Positions 27,693 to 36,186 of a stretch of 64,000 bases of DNA are shown here, in pieces (the stretch's first letter is position 1; every line of letters begins with the position of its first letter). Below the pieces are notes generated by a model. It saw only the letters and a program-made list of their open reading frames with translations. It did not search any database and was not told where the DNA came from. The stretch comes from an uncultured Candidatus Saccharibacteria bacterium. GTDB taxonomy: Bacteria; Patescibacteriota; WWE3; UBA101185; 2-01-FULL-41-18. The translations under genes were made by a program, and so were the position numbers. The DNA is taken from assembly GCA_964636285.1 (NCBI GenBank), contig CAZWQF010000006.1, positions 938-64,937 of the forward strand, read 5' to 3'.

Positions 27693-27956
27693 TTTATTAA
27701 AGGCTACTTTTACTTCTTTGGAGCCACAAAGCATACACTCAAAGTTATTTCCTTCGGACATGCATGAAGGGCAAAGATAAAGCCCTCCTTGGTATACCAA
27801 GTCTTTGGTGTCGCACGTGTTACACAAAAATGCCACATCATCTTGACTCACTTTTCCACACTTTGGGCATGTAAATTCGGCCCCTTCGCCATCTGTAACT
27901 ACTTTTGCTTGTTCCTCTTTATCTAGCTTATCAAAGTTATATACATGCTTTTTCAT
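27690..27956 (-). CDS. small zinc-ribbon protein (four CxxC pairs)
   Basis: CPKC...CNTC...CPSC...CMLC; 88 aa. Confidence 0.5.
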   Translation of the reverse strand: MKKHVYNFDKLDKEEQAKVVTDGEGAEFTCPKCGKVSQDDVAFLCNTCDTKDLVYQGGLYLCPSCMSEGNNFECMLCGSKEVKVAFNK

Positions 27957-27975
27957 ACTTTCCTTTCATCTAACC

Positions 27976-28629
27976 TTACATAGTCTTTGGCTTTGCGGGG
28001 ACACTGTCAGGGCTGTACCAATCGCAAATATCTACGCCTGTAACCCCTTTTCCACCTTCAACCTTAACTTGAATAGGGCTGTGGTCTGTACAACTTACCG
28101 TCAGTCCGCAAGGAACAGCTTTTGAATAAGAGCCTCCAAGCTTTCCTCCGTCAAGCCATGCAAACGCAACATAATTACCAGCTGGAACTGCTGTAAACGA
28201 ATAAGAAGTAGAGTTAGCAGGCATATCCATATTAAGCACCGCATTTGTAACAGTGTTCTTTAAGTAAACAGTAAGAGCTGGAATCCCCTCACCAGGGTAA
28301 CAAATCTTACCAGCAACTTTTCCTACCTTTGTAAGATCAACAGCAGGAGTTTTTTTTGAAAGCTCTAAGGACTCATCAGTACCTTGCTTGCCCGACTCAA
28401 CACTGGCAAATGGGTCTGCGTTTCCTTTAGTTTCAACAGATGCTGTGCTTTCTTTTGGCTCCTCTTTAACCTGAACTTGTTGAGCCTCGGCAGTAGGCTT
28501 GACCTCCCTAGCCTTATCAAGCTCAATCATTAGCCTATAAATTAAAAACGAAACTCCGAGAAGTGCAACTAAAATTAAAGATAAAAGGACAGCAATAACT
28601 TTTTTCATCTTCTTATTATAAACAATCAA
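27976..28629 (-). CDS. hypothetical secreted or membrane-anchored protein
   Basis: N-terminal TM (KVIAVLLSLILVALLGVSFLIY); no recognisable motif. Confidence 0.45.
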   Translation of the reverse strand: MIVYNKKMKKVIAVLLSLILVALLGVSFLIYRLMIELDKAREVKPTAEAQQVQVKEEPKESTASVETKGNADPFASVESGKQGTDESLELSKKTPAVDLTKVGKVAGKICYPGEGIPALTVYLKNTVTNAVLNMDMPANSTSYSFTAVPAGNYVAFAWLDGGKLGGSYSKAVPCGLTVSCTDHSPIQVKVEGGKGVTGVDICDWYSPDSVPAKPKTM

Positions 28630-28685
28630 AGGTCCAAACCCAACTAAATCTGGAATACCGCACTGTAAACAGTTAGAATGAGCGT

Positions 28686-29675
28686 ATGAAAATAGCAGTT
28701 ACAAGAGAAATTCCACAAACAGGTATAGAGCATTTGAAAAAAGCCTTTGGCGAAGAAAATGTCAAAGTCCATCATGGAGCCCCAATGCCTCATGAGGAAC
28801 TCCTTGAATTCGTAAAAGGCGCGGACGGAATTCTTTCTCTTTTAACTGACAAAATTGGCGCGGACGTACTCGACTCAGCAGGGGAGCAACTAAAAGTGGT
28901 TGCAAACTACGCAGTAGGTTTTGACAACATTGATCTAGGGGCATGCACACAAAGAGGCGTGGCTGTAACAAACACTCCTGGAGTACTCACTGAAGCTGTT
29001 GCGGAGCATGTTGTTGCCCTCATGATGGCCGTTTCAAGAAGAATTGTAGAAGCTGACAATTTTGTAAGAGCAGGGAAGTACTCATACTGGGAGCCTATGC
29101 TTTTCCTTGGACCAAAAATCTACGGCAAAACTCTAGGCATTATAGGTCTGGGAAGAATCGGAGGTTACACAGCCAAAATCTGTAAGCAAGGCTTTGACAT
29201 GAAAATTATTTACCACGACGTAGTAAGAAATGACAAATTCGAGCAAGAATACGGCGCAATGTACGTCAGCATGGATGACCTTCTTGAAAAGTCAGACTTT
29301 GTCTCCATAAACGTGCCATTAATGCCGTCAACCCATCATTTATTTGGCGAAAAAGAATTCAAAAAGATGAAACCAACTGCAATTCTTATTAACACAGCAA
29401 GAGGCCCTGTCGTCGATGAAAAAGCTCTAGTTGTAGCACTTAGAGAAAAATGGATTGAAGGCGCTGGAATTGATGTTTTTGAAGAAGAACCAAAACTAGC
29501 CGAAGGGTTAAAAGATCTTGCAAATGTTGTTCTAACGCCACATATAGCAAGCGCAACAAGAGAAGCCAGAATCGAAATGGCAAGACTTGCGGTTCAAGGC
29601 GTAACTGAGGTCCTTCTGGATAAAAAGAGCCCAACAAACCTAGTTAACAAAGACGTAAAGCTGAAATTAATTTAG
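28686..29675 (+). CDS. D-isomer-specific 2-hydroxyacid dehydrogenase (glycerate dehydrogenase / hydroxypyruvate reductase-like)
   Basis: NAD-binding GIIGLGRIGG; catalytic R/E/H triad region; ~330 aa. Confidence 0.8.
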   Translation: MKIAVTREIPQTGIEHLKKAFGEENVKVHHGAPMPHEELLEFVKGADGILSLLTDKIGADVLDSAGEQLKVVANYAVGFDNIDLGACTQRGVAVTNTPGVLTEAVAEHVVALMMAVSRRIVEADNFVRAGKYSYWEPMLFLGPKIYGKTLGIIGLGRIGGYTAKICKQGFDMKIIYHDVVRNDKFEQEYGAMYVSMDDLLEKSDFVSINVPLMPSTHHLFGEKEFKKMKPTAILINTARGPVVDEKALVVALREKWIEGAGIDVFEEEPKLAEGLKDLANVVLTPHIASATREARIEMARLAVQGVTEVLLDKKSPTNLVNKDVKLKLI

Positions 29676-29695
29676 GAAGTTCATTTACATTAAAA

Positions 29696-29747
29696 GGTGC
29701 TTGGGCGTCAACTTGCAATCGCAAGATAGAAAGACCGCCCAAGCACC
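29696..29747. terminator. GC-rich hairpin (GGTGCTTGGGCG-loop-CGCCCAAGCACC) between convergent genes
   Basis: A 12-bp perfect stem. Its 28-nt loop is itself palindromic (CTTGCAATCGCAAG). No strong U-tract. Confidence 0.45.
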
Positions 29748-29780
29748 GTACCGACTCACCACACTACCGCGATCCAAAGT

Positions 29781-29981
29781 TCATTGTTTGGCGACTATAC
29801 CGCCACCAAACAAGATCAGGAAGAGCGCCGCGGCCCCAGCACAGATTGGATTGAAAAAGCCACTAGTAGCTTGCGCAACGGGAGCTAATAGAAGCGCAAG
29901 TAGGAGGCCGACCAATACCACAACTACTACAAGCCCCAGAAAAAATAACATTGAAAAGAGGGCCGTTTTATCTCTGTCCAT
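29781..29981 (-). CDS. small hypothetical membrane protein (66 aa) in a GC-rich island (island F)
   Basis: The start is MDRDKTALF, with an AAGGAG Shine-Dalgarno sequence 6 nt upstream. Two hydrophobic helices. Confidence 0.45.
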   Translation of the reverse strand: MDRDKTALFSMLFFLGLVVVVVLVGLLLALLLAPVAQATSGFFNPICAGAAALFLILFGGGIVAKQ

Positions 29982-30115
29982 GGGAGGCTCCTTAAGGCGT
30001 ATAGGCACTAGGCCTATCCAAAGTTGTTGGCAGGATTGTACTCTAGGCTAACAGAGGAATCAAATGGCGTATACCATCTCGACAAATACATTAATTTCAA
30101 GCTAGTATTCATTAA

Positions 30116-30802
30116 ATGACTGTAACAAAGCCTTCTTCAAAACTTAGAGACATAATTCTTGGCGGACAAGACGGTCTTGTAAATGTTTTAGGTGTGATCC
30201 TTGGCGTATCCGCTGCAACCCCAGACATGAGAATCATAATAGTCTCCGGCCTTGCTGCCACATTTGCAGAGAGCATCTCCATGGCAGCAGTAGCTTACAC
30301 TTCCACAGAAGCAACATTAAGCGAGTACTACAAAAGTAGAAAAAACGAAGAAGACCTTGTGGACAAAGACCCAGAAAGCCAAAAAGAAGATGTAAGGGTA
30401 GTTTTAAGAAAATGGGGCTTTGAAAGTGAACTTCTAGAAGAAACAACAGAAAAAATAACCCAAGACAAAGCAAGGTGGGTAAAATTCATGATGCACGAGG
30501 AATTAGGTCTTTCAAAGCACACAATTGAAAACCCGGTTTTATCTGCCATAGTAGTAGGCTTGGCTTCATTTGGGGGATCGGTAATACCCCTAATACCCTA
30601 CTTCCTAATTAACTCCGCAGCCCCAGCCTCGTACATTGCAATTAGCATATCTGCTATAAGCCTTTTTATTGTAGGTTTCATGAAAGCCAAACAAACCGTA
30701 GGAAGTCCATGGACTTCGGGAATAAAAATAATGGTGATTGGGATGGTATCAGCATTCTGTGGATATTTGATAGGAAAAGTTCTTGGAAGCGCTTCTTATT
30801 AA
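30116..30802 (+). CDS. VIT1/CCC1-family iron/manganese transporter
   Basis: N-terminal LGGQDGLVNVLGVILGVSAA; ~5 TM; 228 aa. Confidence 0.7.
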   Translation: MTVTKPSSKLRDIILGGQDGLVNVLGVILGVSAATPDMRIIIVSGLAATFAESISMAAVAYTSTEATLSEYYKSRKNEEDLVDKDPESQKEDVRVVLRKWGFESELLEETTEKITQDKARWVKFMMHEELGLSKHTIENPVLSAIVVGLASFGGSVIPLIPYFLINSAAPASYIAISISAISLFIVGFMKAKQTVGSPWTSGIKIMVIGMVSAFCGYLIGKVLGSASY

Positions 30803-31206
30803 GCGCCTTGTGTAACTGCTTTATTCAGAAGCTTAGTGATACTTAGTTGAAACTCGAGCAACCCTTTTATATTACCTGATGCTTTTCCAGTAAGCTTTAA
30901 TCCTTCAAGCATAGTTCTTGCGTCCACAAGTTCTGCAAAAAGTATTGCAAGATCATCTACATCCATAAAGTTAATGGACTCAATCTTATCCGAAAGATAC
31001 TCAAGCTTTGTGGCTCTAAGTGCAAGCCTTAGCTTCTCTTGACCATAGTATTCACCACTCAAAAAAGTCGAAACGCCACTTAGGTACTTTGACCTCATCT
31101 CAAGGTATCTTTTAACATCAGAAGCCTCAAGCCTCTCTTTTTCAAGCTCAAGCAAGGATTTTATGTAGTTAACATTTACTGCGCTATCAAGTAATGCGTC
31201 GCTCAT
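30799..31206 (-). CDS. hypothetical all-helical protein, in an operon with the response-regulator receiver
   Basis: 135 aa. Its start overlaps or abuts the receiver gene. I see no His-containing Hpt motif. Confidence 0.4.
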   Translation of the reverse strand: MSDALLDSAVNVNYIKSLLELEKERLEASDVKRYLEMRSKYLSGVSTFLSGEYYGQEKLRLALRATKLEYLSDKIESINFMDVDDLAILFAELVDARTMLEGLKLTGKASGNIKGLLEFQLSITKLLNKAVTQGA

Positions 31207-31208
31207 AT

Positions 31209-31592
31209 TTAAACTGTGACAGGGGCTTCCACAAACCCCTTAACTTCCTTTAAAAGCTCCTCTTTGTTAACTCTCGCTTTTAAAAAGTATCCAACAGCCC
31301 CAAGCTCAAATGCTCTCTTAACAAGCGAATCATCGGCAAGGTTTGTGAGCATTGCCACAGGAACCCTACTGTTGATCTTTGATACGTCTGCAAGAACAGA
31401 AATACCATCTTTACCTGGGAGCATGATATCAAGCAAAACAAGGTCAAAAACTTCGGTTTGAAATTTATCTACTGCATCAGGTCCTGTGTCTGCAGTAACA
31501 ACAGTATAACCCTCACTAAGAAGGTACATCTGGAAGAGTTCCCTGATAAATTTTTCGTCTTCAACAAGCAAAATCTTTTTTCCAACGAGCAT
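31209..31592 (-). CDS. stand-alone response-regulator receiver domain (CheY-like)
   Basis: KKILLVEDE...DLVLLDIMLPGKDG, the phospho-acceptor Asp context; 127 aa; no output domain. Confidence 0.75.
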   Translation of the reverse strand: MLVGKKILLVEDEKFIRELFQMYLLSEGYTVVTADTGPDAVDKFQTEVFDLVLLDIMLPGKDGISVLADVSKINSRVPVAMLTNLADDSLVKRAFELGAVGYFLKARVNKEELLKEVKGFVEAPVTV

Positions 31593-31604
31593 TGAGTTTA
31601 TTCT

Positions 31605-32267
31605 ATGAAACTGATACCATATCGGTCAATGCGCGCGATTAAAGAAAACCTTGTGATAATCGTAATAGTGGCTGTTACAATCTTAGGCTTTTTTGGCGTA
31701 GTCTTTATGGCAAGTGGGCAAGAAAAGAAGTCAGAACAAGCTCAAACCATTGACATGGAAGTGCTACTTACAGAAGGGACCAACGTAAAAGGTGAGGCCA
31801 CGGCCAGTGTAACTCTAGTTGAATTTTCAGACTTTCAATGCCCAGCATGCGGGGCTTTTTACCCCCTAATAAAACAACTTGAATTAAAATTCAAAGACCA
31901 ACTAAAAATTGCGTTCAAGCATTTTCCTCTTCCACAACACAAAGACGCTCAAAAAGCAGCCGAAGCATCGGAAGCCGCAGGGGAGCAGGGCAAGTTCTGG
32001 GAATACCATGACATTCTTTTTGCAAATCAGGAGCGCTTAGCCGTAGAGGATCTTAAAAAGTACGCAAAAGAACTGGGACTTGATGAAGCCAAATTTAACC
32101 AGGCTCTAGATTCAGGAAAATTTGCTGACAAAGTCAAGGCTGATGAGAGCCTTGCAAACAGAATTGGGGTAAACGCTACCCCAACTTTTTACTTAAACGG
32201 TAAAAAACTTGTGATAAGGGAGGGTACAGACATTGAAAAGGCTATTCTCCAGGAACTTGGAAAGTAA
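31605..32267 (+). CDS. DsbA-like thiol:disulfide oxidoreductase (second copy)
   Basis: FSDFQCPACGAF CxxC motif; N-terminal TM anchor. Confidence 0.75.
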   Translation: MKLIPYRSMRAIKENLVIIVIVAVTILGFFGVVFMASGQEKKSEQAQTIDMEVLLTEGTNVKGEATASVTLVEFSDFQCPACGAFYPLIKQLELKFKDQLKIAFKHFPLPQHKDAQKAAEASEAAGEQGKFWEYHDILFANQERLAVEDLKKYAKELGLDEAKFNQALDSGKFADKVKADESLANRIGVNATPTFYLNGKKLVIREGTDIEKAILQELGK

Positions 32268-32272
32268 AGCCA

Positions 32273-32923
32273 CTAAACTTTAAACGCTGAAGGGCAGACT
32301 TTATTAAGCACGCACGAATCGCACTTTGGTTTTCTTGCAACACAAACGTACCTCCCATGAAGCACTATGGCGCTACTCACATATCTCCAATCCTTCTTGT
32401 CAAAAATCTCCATTAAGTCTCTTTCAATTTTTACAGGATCTTTTTGTTCCGTGAGCCCAAGCCTATTCATAACCCTTGTCATGTGAGTGTCCACAACAAC
32501 CCCTTCGGCAATATTAAATGCTTCATTTAAAATTACGTTTGCAGACTTTCTTGCAATTCCGGGAAGCCTCATGAGCTCTTCCATTGTCTGGGGCATTTTG
32601 CTTCCAAATTCGGTCACAAGAGCTCTTGCCATCCCAATCAAAGATTTTGCCTTATTGTTAAAAAAATTAACACTTTTTATATATGTTTTAAGCTCGTCTA
32701 TGTCAGCTTCAGCTAAAGACTTAGCATCAGGGTACCTTTCAAAGAGGGCAGGAGTTACTTTGTTAACAAGCTTGTCTGTGCACATAGCTGCAAGAATTAC
32801 AGAACAGGCAAGCTGAAATGGGTCTATAAAAGAAAGTTCAGTTTTTGGCTCTGGTGTTACTTTTTTTAACAAGGGGATAATTTGTCCGGCTAGTTCTTTT
32901 TTTTGTTCTATTGATATAGGCAT
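32273..32923 (-). CDS. nth: endonuclease III
   Basis: HhH-GPD fold; C-terminal 4Fe-4S cluster ligands CVARKPKCDSCVLNKVC. Confidence 0.8.
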   Translation of the reverse strand: MPISIEQKKELAGQIIPLLKKVTPEPKTELSFIDPFQLACSVILAAMCTDKLVNKVTPALFERYPDAKSLAEADIDELKTYIKSVNFFNNKAKSLIGMARALVTEFGSKMPQTMEELMRLPGIARKSANVILNEAFNIAEGVVVDTHMTRVMNRLGLTEQKDPVKIERDLMEIFDKKDWRYVSSAIVLHGRYVCVARKPKCDSCVLNKVCPSAFKV

Positions 32924-32979
32924 TCTCGTAATTTATAGCGGAGGCCGTGATTTGTAAAGTATAATAAATTTGTTCAAAG

Positions 32980-34545
32980 ATGAAGTACCTTAACTACCCC
33001 GTGCGGTTTATCAAATGGTTACTACTTAAGATTGTGATTCCACTTGTCACAAGTACAGTGATTGCTATAGGAATTGCCTATTTTATTTCGGTTAAATATA
33101 ACGTCCAAAATCCCTTTTTAAGTTTAGTCACAAATAGACCTTATCATGTCCTACTTGCAGGGACAGGTTCGATGTATCCAACGCTTTATTGGGATAAAAA
33201 GCAGGGCGGCCCTGACGACTATCAAGAGGCCAAAACGCAAAACCTGGAAAGAGTAAGCCCAGGAATGGTGTATAGAGTGGACATTAACCCTCAAAAGGTG
33301 TCTTCTGGGTTTAAAAGTAAAACGGGACTTGATCTACCCGAACTCTCCGCACTTAAATTTTCGTACCCCAGCGTAGGCTTTGGAGACATTGTTTCATTCT
33401 CAAGCGCTTCTAGCACGGAAAGCTACATCAAAAGAGCGATTGGGCTTCCTGGAGACAAAATAGTAATTAAAGATGGCTTTGTAGTAAGAAATGGAGAGGT
33501 TTTACATGAGCCGTACACATACAAGCCAAGATCTACATTCGGAGGAAAATCAATTCCCGAATGCAAGGAAGTCACAGTCCCTGAAGGAAGCATCATGGCT
33601 CTTGGGGACAACAGAAAAATCAGTATGGACTCAAGGGCGGATTTGGGCTTTGTTAAGCTATCAACTGTAGATTTTGTCCTACCTTATGGCAAACAAGACG
33701 CTTTAAAAGACACCTGGAGGAAAATCGAAGAAACCGAATTTGGTAGCAACGTAGCCACACTTAACGCACAAGACTTCCTTCAAAGAGTAAACACGCTCAG
33801 AAAAGAGCAGGGGTTAAAAGAGCTTTCTATAGATCAAAAGCTCAACGAGGCAACAAAAGCCAGAGCTAACTTCATTCTTGATAACGATAACTACACAACA
33901 AAAGATTCAAACGGAAAAAGTTTTGCAACAATGGAAATGGAGAGGGCAGACTATACAAATATTTTAACAGCTGAGTACCTTGTTCAAGGTTATTTGGAAG
34001 CTTCCGATCTAATGGAACTAAGACTTGAGAGTAAGGAGCTAAGCGCGCTGCTTCTTGAAAAGAATTATACAGATGTAGGAATAGCGGTTGTAAATAAAAA
34101 CGTAAGAAACTGCCCAACACAAGTAACCGTAATTCACTTTGGAGGCTACATCCCAGCAACATACCCAGAAGAGACCGTTAAGTCGTGGAAAGAGGCCTCT
34201 GAGCGTGCTGTGGAGTCTTCCAAGACATGGAAGGAGGCAAGGGACAACAAGTTCTACGATCAGGATAAGCTAAATAAGCTTTTAGATAAGTATGAGGCGA
34301 TAATCGACATCGCAAGCGCCATATACAACAAGGTTAAAAACAGACTTTGGCTTACAGATACAGATAACGCCAAAATTGAAGAGTACAAAAGGCAACTTAC
34401 TCAAATTTCGGATCTTTCAAACGAATTAAACAACACTGCAAAAGAAGAGGTTGAAAAGATCAAGAAAGATAATTACCAAAAATGTACATCAAATTGGCAA
34501 CTATACGTTAGCAAAAAAGACGAGTGTAAAAAGTTCCTTGAATAG
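32980..34545 (+). CDS. lepB: signal peptidase I fused to a C-terminal CAP/YkwD-like domain
   Basis: SPase boxes GTGSMYPTL, KRAIGLPGD and GDNRKISMDSR. A ~270-aa C-terminal extension contains LQRVNTLRKEQGLKELSIDQKLNEATKARANFILDN, matching the CAP/YkwD family. Confidence 0.65.
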   Translation: MKYLNYPVRFIKWLLLKIVIPLVTSTVIAIGIAYFISVKYNVQNPFLSLVTNRPYHVLLAGTGSMYPTLYWDKKQGGPDDYQEAKTQNLERVSPGMVYRVDINPQKVSSGFKSKTGLDLPELSALKFSYPSVGFGDIVSFSSASSTESYIKRAIGLPGDKIVIKDGFVVRNGEVLHEPYTYKPRSTFGGKSIPECKEVTVPEGSIMALGDNRKISMDSRADLGFVKLSTVDFVLPYGKQDALKDTWRKIEETEFGSNVATLNAQDFLQRVNTLRKEQGLKELSIDQKLNEATKARANFILDNDNYTTKDSNGKSFATMEMERADYTNILTAEYLVQGYLEASDLMELRLESKELSALLLEKNYTDVGIAVVNKNVRNCPTQVTVIHFGGYIPATYPEETVKSWKEASERAVESSKTWKEARDNKFYDQDKLNKLLDKYEAIIDIASAIYNKVKNRLWLTDTDNAKIEEYKRQLTQISDLSNELNNTAKEEVEKIKKDNYQKCTSNWQLYVSKKDECKKFLE

Positions 34546-34547
34546 AG

Positions 34548-35495
34548 CTAAAACATTTGGAGTTGTGATTTATCAGCTGGGGTGCTTTTTTTATTTTTAT
34601 TTACACCAGGTGCAGAATCCTCAGGTTCAAAACCAAGCTTTCTTATTAAGGATTTAAAATTATATTTTTTTAGAACCTCAAGCACCTTCAACCTATCTGA
34701 GGACTTGATTTTGGAAGCATCTAGCTCAATTTCTAATTCAAGGTCGGTGATTATGGTAGCTAACGTCTTACTAAGGTATGCCATTTCCTTATCTCGATTA
34801 AGTTTATTTCTCACTGACTCTACTTTAATTTTTGGAATATTTTTATAAATTGTATCTAAATCTTTGAAAGCTAATACTAGCTCTTTAGCGGTTTTATCTC
34901 CTATGCCTTTAACTCCGGGAATGTTATCGCTTGTGTCCCCTCTTAACGCCTTATAGTCACACAAGTTCACAGGCTCAAATCCATTCTTTTTGATGAATTC
35001 CGGCTTTCCAAAATAAACTTGCCCATCTTTTGCATCTGGAAAAAAGAGCTTCACATTTCCATCAATACCGAGTAGCTGAGTAATGTCGGCATCCTTTGAA
35101 ACAATAACAACATCAAAATCTTCTGAGGCCGCTTTCTTAGCCACCGAGCCAATGACATCATCAGCCTCATACCCGCTCTTAAATACCTGAGTAATACCAA
35201 AAGCGGTTAAAATATCTTTGATTTTTGGGATTTGAGAAGCAAGGTCTGGATCTAGTTCTTTCCTATGAGCCTTATAGGCTTCGAACATCTTCTTTCTGTT
35301 TAGCTTTTCATCTTTTTCATCTATGGCTGCAATAACATGAGTAGGTTTAGCCATGTCTAGAGTGGAAATGAGCATGGAGGTAAAACCATAAATTGCATTG
35401 GTTGGATTGCCCTCCTTGTCTTTAAAAGTCTTTGGAAAAGCATGAAAAGCCCTATGAATATAATTAAAGGTGTCTATTAAAAGAAGCCTCTTCAC
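34548..35495 (-). CDS. 5'-3' exonuclease (FEN/Pol I N-terminal domain family)
   Basis: N-terminal KRLLLIDTFNYIHRAFHA; acidic cluster GYEADDVIGS; C-terminal H3TH region. Confidence 0.75.
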   Translation of the reverse strand: MKRLLLIDTFNYIHRAFHAFPKTFKDKEGNPTNAIYGFTSMLISTLDMAKPTHVIAAIDEKDEKLNRKKMFEAYKAHRKELDPDLASQIPKIKDILTAFGITQVFKSGYEADDVIGSVAKKAASEDFDVVIVSKDADITQLLGIDGNVKLFFPDAKDGQVYFGKPEFIKKNGFEPVNLCDYKALRGDTSDNIPGVKGIGDKTAKELVLAFKDLDTIYKNIPKIKVESVRNKLNRDKEMAYLSKTLATIITDLELEIELDASKIKSSDRLKVLEVLKKYNFKSLIRKLGFEPEDSAPGVNKNKKSTPADKSQLQMF

Positions 35496-35559
35496 TAAGT
35501 GAGAATACCACGGAGAGAATATAAAGCGCTAACACTAGAGTTACTTTAGCGAACGATTA

Positions 35560-35590
35560 CCAAGGGGCGCTATATCTAAACGCCCCTTGG
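35560..35590. terminator. hairpin terminator (CCAAGGGGCG-N11-CGCCCCTTGG)
   Basis: A 10-bp perfect stem at the 3' end of the minus-strand island G genes. Confidence 0.5.
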
Positions 35591-35606
35591 CAAGTTTCCT
35601 ACTTAT

Positions 35607-35831
35607 CTAATACTGAGGAGGTGTCTTGGAGTCTTCAGGTGGTGATGGTTTCTTAGAGGAGACCCTACCCACAAAGACCCAAAGCACGAGCAGCAGAACC
35701 AAACAAATCACGCCAAGAGCTGGATTACTGGGTATATCGCCAAAGGATAGCAATACCCCAATCAGAAGAATCAAACTCGGCCCTCCTATGAGAAGGCAAC
35801 CCATTGAAAACCTAAAGGCGCTTGAGCTCAT
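35607..35831 (-). CDS. small 2-TM hypothetical membrane protein in a GC-rich island (island G, gene 2)
   Basis: A TAAGGAG Shine-Dalgarno sequence lies 5 nt upstream. Two TM helices and a Pro/Lys/Ser-rich tail (KKPSPPEDSKTPPQY). Confidence 0.45.
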   Translation of the reverse strand: MSSSAFRFSMGCLLIGGPSLILLIGVLLSFGDIPSNPALGVICLVLLLVLWVFVGRVSSKKPSPPEDSKTPPQY

Positions 35832-35875
35832 GGTAACTCCTTACTAACGAATGGGCGACTCATCAAACCTGTTTG

Positions 35876-36136
35876 TTACATCCCCTTCCCACTCCAGTCC
35901 TCCTTATATTCTGGGGACTCAGATGTTTTTCGGACGGTAGATTCCTCTGCCTTAGGCTTTTTTGGTGAAGGGGTGTAGTAGCCCTGTATACCCCAAACCA
36001 CTATCACAACAGCCATTACCAGGATCGCACCGCACCCCCATTGAACCACAGGCAAGTCTCTACATGACCACAGGATAAAACCCCAACAGACGATCCCAAA
36101 CAGAAAGCAGAGGGAGTTAGCCAAACCTCTCATCAC
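35876..36136 (-). CDS. small 2-TM hypothetical membrane protein in a GC-rich island (island G, gene 1)
   Basis: An AGGAGG Shine-Dalgarno sequence is upstream. Two TM helices and a similar Pro/Lys-rich tail (TPSPKKPKAEES). Confidence 0.45.
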   Translation of the reverse strand: MMRGLANSLCFLFGIVCWGFILWSCRDLPVVQWGCGAILVMAVVIVVWGIQGYYTPSPKKPKAEESTVRKTSESPEYKEDWSGKGM

Positions 36137-36186
36137 GGGACACCTCCTAGTGAAAATAGTTGTTGGCGTGATTCTAACAAAAAATG

